Shown here: positions 29,798 to 40,014 of the stretch, piece by piece
How the letters are laid out: each line of letters starts with the position of its first letter
Numbering within the stretch: position 1 is the stretch's first letter
Virus record (IMG/VR): IMGVR_UViG_3300020261_000002
Coordinates: 1-59,809 of that record
Direction: 5' to 3' (one strand)
Source of the DNA: a virus
Taxonomy: Duplodnaviria > Caudoviricetes
Length of the DNA stretch: 59,809 nucleotides
Translations under genes and position numbers: made by a program
The notes under the pieces: generated by a model
What the model was told of the DNA's origin: nothing
Database searches by the model: none
What the model saw: only the letters and a program-made list of their open reading frames with translations

Positions 29798-30034
29798 ATG
29801 TCCAAAGATAAAAAGTTAAAGTATAAAGGTAAACCTTCCGAGATATTAGATCCTATCGAGTTCGAAGGAATCACCATTAAGATCCTCAAGCATGGTAACA
29901 CTGGTCAAATACTATTTCGTTATCCACGAAAGGAGGATGGTGAACCGTGCTGGACCACTGATATAGACAGAGCAAAATCTTCTATTCTTTATTTGAAACA
30001 AAATAGAAGAATCATTTTAGAATCGTACACGTAA
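29798..30034 (+). CDS. hypothetical protein
   Basis: 78 aa ORF after promoter. Confidence 0.65.
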   Translation: MSKDKKLKYKGKPSEILDPIEFEGITIKILKHGNTGQILFRYPRKEDGEPCWTTDIDRAKSSILYLKQNRRIILESYT

Positions 30035-30048
30035 CCAAATTATTATCA

Positions 30049-30309
30049 GTGAAAACAGAACTCAGTAACACATTAATGGATGATTTAGCTTGGAGTATAT
30101 ATGAATATCTCCTTGATGAATCTACTGACTTCCAGGGTGAACATATTGTGCTATTACCAATCACAGTTATCGCCAGAAAGTTTGATCGTAATCATCGGAC
30201 AATAAGCAGACGGTTATCTGCTTTACGAGATGAAGGACTTATAAAGACTATTATAAAAAAAGATTATGTTGCTCTGTATCACATCAACGACCAAGAGGAA
30301 AATGCCTGA
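30049..30309 (+). CDS. winged helix-turn-helix protein
   Basis: ITVIARKFDRNHRTISRRLSALRDEGLI. Confidence 0.75.
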   Translation: MKTELSNTLMDDLAWSIYEYLLDESTDFQGEHIVLLPITVIARKFDRNHRTISRRLSALRDEGLIKTIIKKDYVALYHINDQEENA

Positions 30310-30598
30310 ACCAACCGAAAGAAACTACGAACAAGACATAGCCTATATACTTTCATCATTCACTGATGGTGGTAAATCTTTAAGATCATTCTTTAATCAT
30401 CCACAAGAATTAGGAGTCTGCATATTAACTGCAGGACTATTATCAAATTCAAAACTCATGCTCTCTCCTGACGATGCAATCAATACCAGCTTTGAACTTT
30501 ATACAAAGATTCAACAGAAGATTGGTCAGTATCAGAACATGTCTTTTGCATCTAACGTAGAAGATTGCTTCAGGCATCCAGAAGTTGAAGGTGACTAA
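30302..30598 (+). CDS. hypothetical protein
   Basis: ATG 30302 with GAGG SD. Confidence 0.65.
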   Translation: MPEPTERNYEQDIAYILSSFTDGGKSLRSFFNHPQELGVCILTAGLLSNSKLMLSPDDAINTSFELYTKIQQKIGQYQNMSFASNVEDCFRHPEVEGD

Positions 30599-30651
30599 GA
30601 CCTTGCCATAATTCAGTTCCTAGTTACTATCTGGGCAATTGCAATATTAAT

Positions 30652-31584
30652 TTGACTGTAATTACTATTGATGCGGAAGTTTTAGAGAAAGAAATATTAG
30701 AATCAAAAGTTTGTACAGCTTACTCTACTAAGAACGACAGTTCTCAGTACGTGGATTACAAATCACAAGGTGATACTAGGTTAACAATAAATGGATCTCG
30801 ACATTACAAAACACCTTTTGGTTCTTTACCTTCTGTAACAACAATACTTGGAGCTACCCAGGGCAGTAAAGCAGCATTAGAAAGATGGAATAAAAAGAAT
30901 CCAGGTAAAAAAGAACAGGCAGCTAGAAGAGGTACTGCTGTTCATGCCAGGATGGAACATTATCTTTTAGGTGAAAAAGATTTTAATCATGAAGAAAATG
31001 AAGATCCAGAATTTATAAAAGATACAATCGAACCATTTTGGAATGGTCTTCCTGAAAAATTAGATAAGTTTGACAAAGTAATCTGGGCAGAAAATCCTGC
31101 TAACAATGACTTCCAATGGTGTATTGGTGGTGATGATATCAGTAGAGTATGGTCACCTGGTAATCATGAAACAGAAGTAAGAGGTTGGGCAGGTGCTCCA
31201 GATATCATTGCAACCTATCAAGGTAAGGTAGTACTTGGTGATTTAAAAACTTCCAATGGACTTTACTTTGGTAAATGGCCGGGTCCTGATACACCGAGAG
31301 AAGAATATGGAATGCGTCGTGCAGGCTTTATCAAATATCAAAAGTGTTGCATGCAGTTAGCTGCATACGATATAGCTGTTCAACATACCATAGGAATCAA
31401 ACCTGATATTCATATGATTATCGTTGCAACTGTAGAAAGACCACAGGTATTTGCTATTCAAGGTAGAACAATACAGAAGTATAAAGAGAAATGGATGAAG
31501 TGTGTTGATAAGTATTATGAGGAATTCCACAATATTCCCGAAATCGAAATGGAGGTAGTGGATCTCGATAAGCTCAAAGGATAA
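30652..31584 (+). CDS. PD-(D/E)XK (RecB-family) exonuclease
   Basis: PSVTTIL, RGTAVH, GAPD, DLKTS, QLAAY motifs; upstream TTGCCA-16-TACTAT promoter. Confidence 0.88.
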   Translation: MTVITIDAEVLEKEILESKVCTAYSTKNDSSQYVDYKSQGDTRLTINGSRHYKTPFGSLPSVTTILGATQGSKAALERWNKKNPGKKEQAARRGTAVHARMEHYLLGEKDFNHEENEDPEFIKDTIEPFWNGLPEKLDKFDKVIWAENPANNDFQWCIGGDDISRVWSPGNHETEVRGWAGAPDIIATYQGKVVLGDLKTSNGLYFGKWPGPDTPREEYGMRRAGFIKYQKCCMQLAAYDIAVQHTIGIKPDIHMIIVATVERPQVFAIQGRTIQKYKEKWMKCVDKYYEEFHNIPEIEMEVVDLDKLKG

Positions 31585-31688
31585 ATCTATATGCATTACA
31601 TTATTTTTATCACACATTGACTGGCAAATTTGTTAAAGGGCGATAGTCTTACGTGGTCAAACAAATAAATCACCTTGAGTATTAAATA

Positions 31689-34301
31689 GTGTCAACAGCA
31701 ACACCCGATCCTGATAAGAGTTTAAAACCCGGAGAAGTTAATCCGGATCACATTCCTCATGATTGGCCACTGACTCCTCTTCAAGGTAAAAAAGCATACA
31801 TTCCTGGCTGGACAAAGAATCCTTTCACACTTGCAGAAATAAAGAAAGAATTAAAGTCTGGTAAAGCTACAGGTGTAGGTTTACTTTGTGGTCAATTTTG
31901 TAATGAATATGGTCTCATCTTTGTAGACATTGATGGGCAGGAAGCAATACCAGCTATTGAAGAACTTGGTGGTGGTCCTTTAGATACAATTTTTCCTCCA
32001 ACATTAACAGTCAGTAGTGGTAAAGAAGGAAAGTTAAGAATGCTTTTCCGTGTACCAGTTGCTCGTATTAATGAGATTCCAAACAAAGCAACTATAAAAC
32101 TTGATAAGAATCCTTGGGAAATTCTATGGAGATCAAGACAAGGTGCTTTGATGGGTGCTCATCCTGACACTGACGGTTATAGAACTCTACCAAATAAAGG
32201 TTTTGAATATGCAAGTAAACTTCCTGATTTACCTGAGTGGTTATATAGTGCAATAAAAAATGCCTACCCCTCATCCAAGTATCGTCGTCGTTCAAATAAT
32301 CCAACTCCCTTCATCGGTCAACATATAGAACTAAATTATGACGAGGATAGTCAGTACACTCAGGAACAATTAATCACAGAAGCTACAGGATATCTACAAC
32401 ATTTAAGTAAGTCCAGGTGTGATGACTATGAAGAATGGCTTGCTGTTGGTATGTCTCTCCATCAGATAGCTGAAGAATTATTATCTGAATGGGTAAAATG
32501 GTCAGCTCAATCCAACTCTTTCCAACAGGGAACATGCGAAGAGAAGTGGTCAAGTTTTGAACGCATGCCCGGTGGTCCTAATCCTCCAGAAGGAAGAGGA
32601 ATGAAGACTCTCAGAGCTATGGCTAAGGAGGATGGATGGGTTGATTTAGGTGGCTATACAGCTTTTACCATAGATGAACTTAGACAGAAGGTACAGCAGC
32701 AACAGACACCCGATCAGGAGATGTTAGATGGTCTTATACAGTCTCTAACAAATGATCAAGTAACAGAAGATATGCCACAAGGTCCCTTGTTCAAAGCGAT
32801 CATGGATCTTCCTATGGGTCCTCCTAAAAAAGGTGGTAAAAGTAAGGATGGCAGAATAAAGAATCCACCTTCATCAGATATTGCTGATCTATTACATGAA
32901 TGGTGCTTAAATGTTGGTTGGTGTTATGACCCACGCTTCGATACATTCATGTTTTATATACCAAATAGAGGTTTCTGGAGACGTGAAGAATATAGAAAAG
33001 AATTTGCTCATATAATTCAAGATGAATTAACCTGCAATCGTTCCTATACACCAGCTGGTTTCAGTTCTAATTTAGTAAATGATGTAGTAGAACTATTAAA
33101 ACAAAAGATATGTCGTACACATTGGAATGACAGTACAGATAAAATTGTATTTACCAACGGTGTTTTAGAAGTATCTACAGGTGAATTTACTGAACATAAT
33201 AAAGAAGACTACATTACATGGGGTCTTGATTTTAATTATGATCCAACAATCAATCCCGGTCCTATAACCAAATGGATATTCCGTACACAATATGAAGATG
33301 AAGCCAGAGTTCAGGTACTGAGAGCATGGTTACGTGCATGTCTCGTAGGTCATGGTCATGAACTTCAAAGATTCTTAGAGATAATCGGACCAGGTGGTAG
33401 AGGTAAATCCACCTTTGCAAACTTATGTTGTGCTTTAGTTGGTGCAGGTAACTATGCCAGTACTACTCTTAATCAATTAGAGCAATCAAGATTCGAATTA
33501 TCTTCTATAAAAGGTAAGAGAATGACTCTCATCAATGACTCAGAAAGATATGGTGGATCTGCTCAGGTATTTAAAGCATTAACTGGTGGAGATAATCTTC
33601 GTTATGAAGAGAAGATGAAGAACATCGGAGAGCCTTTTGTCTATATGGGAATGGTTATGGTGGCAGCTAATGAACCCATACAAACAACAGACAACACCAG
33701 TGGCTTGATACGTCGTCGTTTGACCGTAGAGTTCAATAGAAAGCTATATGATAAGAGTTCTGAAGCCAAAGATATGATCAAGATAGAAAAAGGTCGTGTG
33801 GTTGGTGAATGGAAAAACTATTTACCTGGACTAATCAATTGGGTTCTTGAAATGGATGAGAAAGAAATGCGTCGTTATCTATTAGATACCTACGAAGCAG
33901 CTCCAAGTCTCAAGAAAGTAAGAAATACTATCATGCTTACCAGTAATAACCTCATTGAATGGTTACAATCAGAGATTGTTGCTGATAATGACAATGTAGT
34001 ACCAGTTGGTAAGAAGATTCCTAACACTGATAAGGATATGACTGAGAGATATTTCAACAGCAACTTCCATTTATATCCCAGTTACTGTGAATATTGTGAT
34101 TCAACAGGGTCAAAAGCTGTAGGACAGAAGAGATTCATCTCATTACTACTAGATTGCTGCAAAAGTCAGTTAGATATGCCAAGTATCATTACTTTTACTA
34201 AAAAAGGTATGCCTTTATTCAAAGGACTAGCTATAAGAAAATCTGATTCTAAGTATCTTCACCACGATACTATACTTCCAGAGTCAGATCCCAATGTCTA
34301 A
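31689..34301 (+). CDS. primase-helicase: Prim-Pol + PriCT-2 + D5-like SF3 helicase
   Basis: VDIDG catalytic motif; DYEEWLAVGMSLH; Walker A GPGGRGKS; KALTGGD; AANE; RR arginine finger. Confidence 0.93.
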   Translation: MSTATPDPDKSLKPGEVNPDHIPHDWPLTPLQGKKAYIPGWTKNPFTLAEIKKELKSGKATGVGLLCGQFCNEYGLIFVDIDGQEAIPAIEELGGGPLDTIFPPTLTVSSGKEGKLRMLFRVPVARINEIPNKATIKLDKNPWEILWRSRQGALMGAHPDTDGYRTLPNKGFEYASKLPDLPEWLYSAIKNAYPSSKYRRRSNNPTPFIGQHIELNYDEDSQYTQEQLITEATGYLQHLSKSRCDDYEEWLAVGMSLHQIAEELLSEWVKWSAQSNSFQQGTCEEKWSSFERMPGGPNPPEGRGMKTLRAMAKEDGWVDLGGYTAFTIDELRQKVQQQQTPDQEMLDGLIQSLTNDQVTEDMPQGPLFKAIMDLPMGPPKKGGKSKDGRIKNPPSSDIADLLHEWCLNVGWCYDPRFDTFMFYIPNRGFWRREEYRKEFAHIIQDELTCNRSYTPAGFSSNLVNDVVELLKQKICRTHWNDSTDKIVFTNGVLEVSTGEFTEHNKEDYITWGLDFNYDPTINPGPITKWIFRTQYEDEARVQVLRAWLRACLVGHGHELQRFLEIIGPGGRGKSTFANLCCALVGAGNYASTTLNQLEQSRFELSSIKGKRMTLINDSERYGGSAQVFKALTGGDNLRYEEKMKNIGEPFVYMGMVMVAANEPIQTTDNTSGLIRRRLTVEFNRKLYDKSSEAKDMIKIEKGRVVGEWKNYLPGLINWVLEMDEKEMRRYLLDTYEAAPSLKKVRNTIMLTSNNLIEWLQSEIVADNDNVVPVGKKIPNTDKDMTERYFNSNFHLYPSYCEYCDSTGSKAVGQKRFISLLLDCCKSQLDMPSIITFTKKGMPLFKGLAIRKSDSKYLHHDTILPESDPNV

Positions 34302-34521
34302 TCTAGTAAAAAATGATAATTTAGATGATGATGGTAACTGGGTAGTAAATTTCAGGATAAGTATTGAAGATGTGAGAATTTTATATAAATATGCTGATTT
34401 TTATGACAAACATGCTAAAAATCTTGGTGTAATTCTGCCTGAAGATGAGGTAAAAAATAATGAATGTATGAAGAGTCTCCTATATGCAATGATTTTAGAC
34501 TATAAATTTTCTCAGGAATAA
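34294..34521 (+). CDS. hypothetical protein
   Basis: 75 aa ORF overlapping primase end. Confidence 0.6.
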   Translation: MSNLVKNDNLDDDGNWVVNFRISIEDVRILYKYADFYDKHAKNLGVILPEDEVKNNECMKSLLYAMILDYKFSQE

Positions 34522-34561
34522 AAAAAGTAGCCAAGTGGAGAAATACACTCAGCTACTTTTT
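34522..34561. terminator. bidirectional intrinsic terminator (stronger on the minus strand)
   Basis: A-run, agtagccaagtg/cactcagctact, T-run; two C-A mismatches on + become G-U pairs on -. Confidence 0.75.
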
Positions 34562-34688
34562 AGACACCAGGTATAGAAGCTGTCAAAACTTATAAGGCAT
34601 GAGCTTTACGGGTGTAAGCCTAGCCAAGGATTAACAGCGTTGTTCAACCCTTACGTAATTAATGTAGCAGCTGATTCAATATATGCAA
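34522..34688 (-). ncRNA. putative sRNA gene (about 130 nt) with promoter and terminator
   Basis: TTGCAT-16-TACATT with TGn; 5' hairpin aagggttga/ttaatcctt; no ORF. Confidence 0.55.
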
Positions 34689-34793
34689 TAAAGTTTATTT
34701 ATGCTGACAATAAAGAATATTAATAAGTATTTATTACTAGTTGTAGGTATTAATGACTTTAAAATATTAAGGAAACCTAAACTCATCCTTTTA

Positions 34794-34985
34794 ATGACAC
34801 AAGTTACAGAAAGTGGGGGTCGTCAAAACATTTATAGTATTGAACCCAGACCACAAGTTGATCCTAATTATGTAGGCTATCCAGAGGATGCCGAGAAAGT
34901 TAATGGTAGATGGGCAATGCTTGGCATTGTTGCTCTATTTGGTGCTTATGCAACAACAGGTCAAATTATTCCAGGTATATTCTAA
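34794..34985 (+). CDS. hli: high-light-inducible protein
   Basis: AEKVNGRWAMLG...TGQIIPGIF. Confidence 0.95.
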   Translation: MTQVTESGGRQNIYSIEPRPQVDPNYVGYPEDAEKVNGRWAMLGIVALFGAYATTGQIIPGIF

Positions 34986-35119
34986 TGACAAAATCAAAAG
35001 CACTGGAAAAACAGAAGATCCTTGCAGAAAAATGGAACGGAAGACTAGCAATGGTAGGTCTTGTTGCAGCTGCAGTATCTGATTTACTTACAGGACATAT
35101 GTTTTTCGGCATATTCTAA
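34985..35119 (+). CDS. hli: high-light-inducible protein
   Basis: AEKWNGRLAMVG; TAATG coupled. Confidence 0.92.
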   Translation: MTKSKALEKQKILAEKWNGRLAMVGLVAAAVSDLLTGHMFFGIF

Positions 35120-35298
35120 TGCCTGAACTGTCATTAACGAATGACATTACACCTTTTCAAGCAATCCTATGGTGTTTTTACCCCATAGGTTTTGTTGTTC
35201 TTATAGAGTTAACATTACGTGCCATCAATGATGATGACAATGATGATGACCAAGATGGAGGTGGAGGTGTCATGTCCCCTGTCTATCAAGGAGTATGA
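35119..35298 (+). CDS. small membrane protein with DDD...GGGG motif
   Basis: Own translation MPELS...ILWCFYPIGFVVLIEL...DDDNDDDQDGGGGVMSPVYQGV; TAATG coupled to hli. Confidence 0.7.
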   Translation: MPELSLTNDITPFQAILWCFYPIGFVVLIELTLRAINDDDNDDDQDGGGGVMSPVYQGV

Positions 35299-35425
35299 TG
35301 AATTATCTATTTTTTACTATTTTTGTAGCAGCTTACATCACCACTGGAATAGGTACTCTAGTGCTTGTATAATTTCAAGCAGAGTCACTACCCCTGAGAG
35401 GATAGTAATAAATTTTATAATTTTT

Positions 35426-35656
35426 TTAATCGTCGTGCTCATCCCAAGGATCAGTTAGATTCTTATTTGGTGGTCCGAATGCGGTATACAGACCATAACC
35501 TGTAATAAATAAGAGTAATGCCAAGATGATAACAACTATCTGTCCTTCCGGTGGAAGTCCAGGATAATTTCCATGTTTAATTAATGGTTGTTTCTCCCAT
35601 GTACCAGGGAGAGTATACACAGAAGGTCTAGACAGAAAGAAATTTACTATCTGCAT
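35426..35656 (-). CDS. psbN: photosystem II assembly factor PsbN with N-terminal extension
   Basis: TM helix then TGYGLYTAFGPP..NLTDPWDEHDD. Confidence 0.88.
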   Translation of the reverse strand: MQIVNFFLSRPSVYTLPGTWEKQPLIKHGNYPGLPPEGQIVVIILALLLFITGYGLYTAFGPPNKNLTDPWDEHDD

Positions 35657-35701
35657 TTAATATTTATAATTACTTTTACTCTATCTCGTTCTAAAAATTC
35701 T

Positions 35702-36235
35702 TCAAGAATCAGGATCTACTGGATATTGTGTCATGTTAGGAGTTCCATCCTCTTTTGAACTATATAAAGTAACTAGAGCTGCTGTATCTGAACAGGCATC
35801 AATCTCTTTTTCCCTTGTATCACAAGCAGTTCTTACACTATCACGATAAGTTGTAATCGCTGTTGGTATTGCAGTAGATTTTTCAGCTTTTCTTACAACG
35901 TACCAATCGTATCTTGCTAACAAACTACCAGCAGTAGCTTTTTCCTGTGCTTTTAATATTGATTTAACACCTAATATAACCATTTGACTACCATCAGGAT
36001 TTTTTAATAAATTACCCTCTGAATCCTTTGCATTCTCATCATCAAGTGCTTTTGCTGATCCATCACCATTATAAAAACGTGAATCATATGTTGGTGCATC
36101 TGCAACTTCAGTAATTCCTATAGCAGTCTTTTCTTCTGCTGTTGAAAGTCTTAACCAGTTAGCAGGATACTGAATATCATTGTGACTGAATGCCACATCA
36201 ACTACTAATGGATTTCCATTTAATTTAAAAGCCAT
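35702..36235 (-). CDS. tail-fibre-associated protein or chaperone
   Basis: QYPANWLRLS...DWYVVRKAE...YRDSVR pattern, downstream of a fibre gene. Confidence 0.7.
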   Translation of the reverse strand: MAFKLNGNPLVVDVAFSHNDIQYPANWLRLSTAEEKTAIGITEVADAPTYDSRFYNGDGSAKALDDENAKDSEGNLLKNPDGSQMVILGVKSILKAQEKATAGSLLARYDWYVVRKAEKSTAIPTAITTYRDSVRTACDTREKEIDACSDTAALVTLYSSKEDGTPNMTQYPVDPDS

Positions 36236-36244
36236 AATAATATT

Positions 36245-39052
36245 TTACCTTGCCCTACTGTTTTTAAATGGCGATTCCGCAAATGCTAAATAAATATACG
36301 TTGAACCACTAGTATTTGTATTAGTACGATTTACTCTATGCTTTATTCCATTAGATAAAAAATCAAGCCAATCTATTGATGTTACATCACCCTCAGTGGT
36401 ATTAGCTTCTATTCTATTTTCAATTACATTGTCTGGATCTCTTTTGTTATCAAATATTTGCCAACCTTCCGTAGCAGATATTCTTTTTATCATTACCCAA
36501 GCAGGTTGAAAACCTAGGAAAATAAAAGTACCATCAGACGATCCGTTGCCTGTATATGACCCAAACTTGCTATACCCTGCTACTTCGCTAAATACGTAAG
36601 CAATGTATTTATTGTTATTTGCATTTACTTTACCATTTGTAGAATCTGTCGATCTGACTTGAATTGTATTAGCATCAACAGTTCTGAATTGATCTGAATT
36701 TGCACCTGGAACGCTAGTGTTATTTAAAGATAAATTTTTATAAACATAGGTACTATCTGTACCTACATCTTGATGCCATACTACCCATTCTCTTGCACCA
36801 TATGGACTTGTGTCTCTATTTTTCAAAATAACAGCATCAGGTGCTACTCCTAATCCATGCCCCATTGTTACATTAGTATTATTAGCACCATTACCTACAT
36901 AACCTACTATTGAAAAACCTGCCGTTTGAGAGACTTTGACAGTAGATTGATTATTACCATCAAAATTACTCGAACCAAGAGTTGTGTTTGTATTGATTGC
37001 ACCCCCCATTCCACTGTGAGCACTACACCAATAATAGAGCTGGGGTGCGGATGCTGGTACTGTTATATGTAATCTTCTTGTAGAAGCTGCTGCAAATCCA
37101 GATGTATATTGGCTATAAGTTTTTGATACTCCATCTAAGAAATAAGTTATTCCTGATGTATATACAGTTCCATTAGCTGCGGTTCCAATACTAAACGGAT
37201 GAGTAGCATTTGAAGAATCATCCATATTGAATATATAAGTACCACCTTCTGCAAGATCAAGAGTTACAGCAGATGTTCCAAAGCCATCAAATCTATATTT
37301 ATTTCCAGAATCAGAAACAACTGTTACTGTATAAGTTTTGCCATCTGTTTCCCCTGCATCCCAGTTCCAACCGACATAAGTATGCCCACTTTCATTTGTT
37401 TCACCAGCATCTACTACAGTAAAACCATTTGATAGGAATGCATTTATAGCACCAGAACTTGAAGTCTCAACACCAGTTGTATTAGGTCTTAAAGATAGTC
37501 CAGCACCCCTAACAGCATCAGCCGTATTATGATTTTCACTACTATTACGTTTTTTAATCCAAACCCAATCAGGCTGAAATTCAAGACCTGTTATGTTTTG
37601 TGAACTGCCTGTACCTGTATAAAGCAAAGTATCAAAATGTTTATTAGGTAGCAGTATTGTTGGGTCGGGTAGGTTTGCAGAACTAAGTACTTTATATCCT
37701 GTTGGTGGGGTATAAGTTAATGGTTGTTGTCCAAAATTAGCATACAAACCATAACTACTATTGGCATTATATCCATGTACAGCAATCACATGATCTCCAT
37801 TATTGTCAGTTAATAAGTCAGTTGCTATTGCACCTGTTTTTGAAGAACCCGAAGTTGGATCACCAGAATTTTGCCAAGTGTTTGCTCTTGCAAAATAAAC
37901 AGCACCATTATCCATATCAACTGCTACAGCAACTATAATATTTGCATCATTTGTCCACGCTGTAGCATCAGAGGTACTCCCCCTTGTTCTATTACCTAGC
38001 TCACCGTTAGAAACATATTCAACATTATCAGCTAATCCTAAATATCCAGCATAATTAGTCATTGCTGTATTAGCTCTTGTTACTGATATTGATTGAAGAG
38101 CACCATTATTATATTTAGAAAATTCAGCATACCATTTACCACTTTTAGGTAAAAGAAATGTAGATGCTGCGAAATTATCTCCACCTCTCATTAACAAATT
38201 CCCTTCACCAAACGTGGTGTTTACAGGGTTATATAAAGGATTTAAGGTAGGAAAATTATTTGTAGGAGTGTCAGGTACAGAGTCATTACCAACACCAGTA
38301 CCTACTTCAAAATTATTTGGTGTAAAGTTGTTGCCGTTACCACTTGAATCCTTGCCAAGTGTTGTTGCAGTCGTTCCAGAATTATCTGAAAAATTCAAAT
38401 AAAATCCATTTGTTCCGTATGTAATATTTACTTTTTTCGGAACCCATTGACCAGTTATTGCATCAGTTTCTGCAAAATCACTGGCTTGGTATTTATTACC
38501 ATCTGAAAAATGCACTTCTGCAAAATAGATATTTGAATGGTCACTACCCCAATCACCATCCCTTCCAAGAAACATTTTTATTCCAGATTGGTTCATTCCA
38601 TAGGCAAAATCAGGTGGATTTAAACCAGAATTTAAAGATTCCTCAACACCATTTATCCAAATTCTTTGACTTGTATTAGCTGCATCAACTTGCCAAACAA
38701 TGTGCATCCACGCACCAACATCCCTATACAGCCGACCATTTACATCACCATATGGGTTTGAACCACTTGTATCAAAATAAGTATTGATTTTGTCATTATT
38801 TATATAAATTGCAGCAATACCATCATTACCTGAAACATTATTACTACTGAAAAGGTAAGTTGTTCCTCCAGTATCATGCAATAAAGTTCTTTTAAACCAT
38901 GCACTCCATGTCCAAACTTTTTGATTTCCTGTACTAGATGGTGTCCTCTCTAAGTACGCTGAATCAGATTTATTAAACCTTAAACTACGTTCTACTTCAT
39001 ATCCTGTAGAAGCTCCTGAAGCTCCAACTCTTATTGCATCATAAAAAGACAT
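36245..39052 (-). CDS. tail fibre/receptor-binding protein (LamG + SPRY-like + C-terminal domain with cupredoxin-like insert)
   Basis: SLRFN, YGTNGFYL, GKWYAE, FQPDWVWIK, YSKFGSYTGNG; insert containing HPF...YYWCSAHSGMG. Confidence 0.85.
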   Translation of the reverse strand: MSFYDAIRVGASGASTGYEVERSLRFNKSDSAYLERTPSSTGNQKVWTWSAWFKRTLLHDTGGTTYLFSSNNVSGNDGIAAIYINNDKINTYFDTSGSNPYGDVNGRLYRDVGAWMHIVWQVDAANTSQRIWINGVEESLNSGLNPPDFAYGMNQSGIKMFLGRDGDWGSDHSNIYFAEVHFSDGNKYQASDFAETDAITGQWVPKKVNITYGTNGFYLNFSDNSGTTATTLGKDSSGNGNNFTPNNFEVGTGVGNDSVPDTPTNNFPTLNPLYNPVNTTFGEGNLLMRGGDNFAASTFLLPKSGKWYAEFSKYNNGALQSISVTRANTAMTNYAGYLGLADNVEYVSNGELGNRTRGSTSDATAWTNDANIIVAVAVDMDNGAVYFARANTWQNSGDPTSGSSKTGAIATDLLTDNNGDHVIAVHGYNANSSYGLYANFGQQPLTYTPPTGYKVLSSANLPDPTILLPNKHFDTLLYTGTGSSQNITGLEFQPDWVWIKKRNSSENHNTADAVRGAGLSLRPNTTGVETSSSGAINAFLSNGFTVVDAGETNESGHTYVGWNWDAGETDGKTYTVTVVSDSGNKYRFDGFGTSAVTLDLAEGGTYIFNMDDSSNATHPFSIGTAANGTVYTSGITYFLDGVSKTYSQYTSGFAAASTRRLHITVPASAPQLYYWCSAHSGMGGAINTNTTLGSSNFDGNNQSTVKVSQTAGFSIVGYVGNGANNTNVTMGHGLGVAPDAVILKNRDTSPYGAREWVVWHQDVGTDSTYVYKNLSLNNTSVPGANSDQFRTVDANTIQVRSTDSTNGKVNANNNKYIAYVFSEVAGYSKFGSYTGNGSSDGTFIFLGFQPAWVMIKRISATEGWQIFDNKRDPDNVIENRIEANTTEGDVTSIDWLDFLSNGIKHRVNRTNTNTSGSTYIYLAFAESPFKNSRAR

Positions 39053-39985
39053 TTACTTAACATCCAATGAAACTGCACAATGAATTACGTTAGAGGATTT
39101 AATAATGTAATCAATCCGATCTGTAGCGGATGCAGTTGTCGTTAATGTAGGTGCTGTTCCACCTACAAATTTAAAAGCTGAGTTGAATGCTGCTGTTCTA
39201 GATCCTGAACCATCCTGTGTAATAAATATTGAACCTGCCTGACCTACTACCTGATTACTTGGTGCTGCAAATGTTCTGTTACCACCAAGTGTTACTGAAT
39301 GGTGACAGGCTGTAGCCATGTCAATTGTTATTGTTGCTCCATCTGATAATGCTGTAATGTTTGCTGCAGCTCCTCCTGTGAGTGAGATGCCTCCAGCTGC
39401 TGTTTCTATTTTCTTTACATTATTGTGATATAGCTCTACTGTTCCATCTTGAGTAGCTGTAATCATTATTTCATTATTAGCTGCATTATTTACATTCAAT
39501 TTGCTAGTAGCTAAAACCAAACCCCCAGTGCCAGAGTCTTCTATAATTGAATTCGATGCGTCATGATAGATACTTAAATCATTTCCAGTTCCGAATCTAA
39601 TCTTTTCATTATCTGCTAGATCTATTGGCTTGGCTAACTTAGCTGCAGTCACTGCATCGTCGGCTAATTTAGCTGTTGTGACTGATCCGTCAGCTGGTGT
39701 AACAACAGATGAATCTATACTTTGTCCTAGAACAACTGCGAAGAAACTTAATCCACTGGCTGGGGCTGTAGTGAATGTAATAGTGCTTCCAGCTATCGTA
39801 AAGTCTTGATTTGGATTCTGTACTACACCTCCGAGACTGACTACTATATCATTAGCAGTTCCAGGAGATACATTTGATCCACTTACCTGAAGAGTGAATG
39901 CAGTTGTACTACCATTAAATCCACTAGAGATATCATCTACTTCCCTATTACGTCCAAGTTTAGGCTGCGGTCCTACATATGGCAT
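39053..39985 (-). CDS. tail fibre protein
   Basis: DDISSGFNGSTT N-terminal domain, VTxAKLA repeats, gp37-like segment. Confidence 0.8.
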   Translation of the reverse strand: MPYVGPQPKLGRNREVDDISSGFNGSTTAFTLQVSGSNVSPGTANDIVVSLGGVVQNPNQDFTIAGSTITFTTAPASGLSFFAVVLGQSIDSSVVTPADGSVTTAKLADDAVTAAKLAKPIDLADNEKIRFGTGNDLSIYHDASNSIIEDSGTGGLVLATSKLNVNNAANNEIMITATQDGTVELYHNNVKKIETAAGGISLTGGAAANITALSDGATITIDMATACHHSVTLGGNRTFAAPSNQVVGQAGSIFITQDGSGSRTAAFNSAFKFVGGTAPTLTTTASATDRIDYIIKSSNVIHCAVSLDVK

Positions 39986-40014
39986 TATTCTTTAAAGATA
40001 TCTTTTATATAAGT

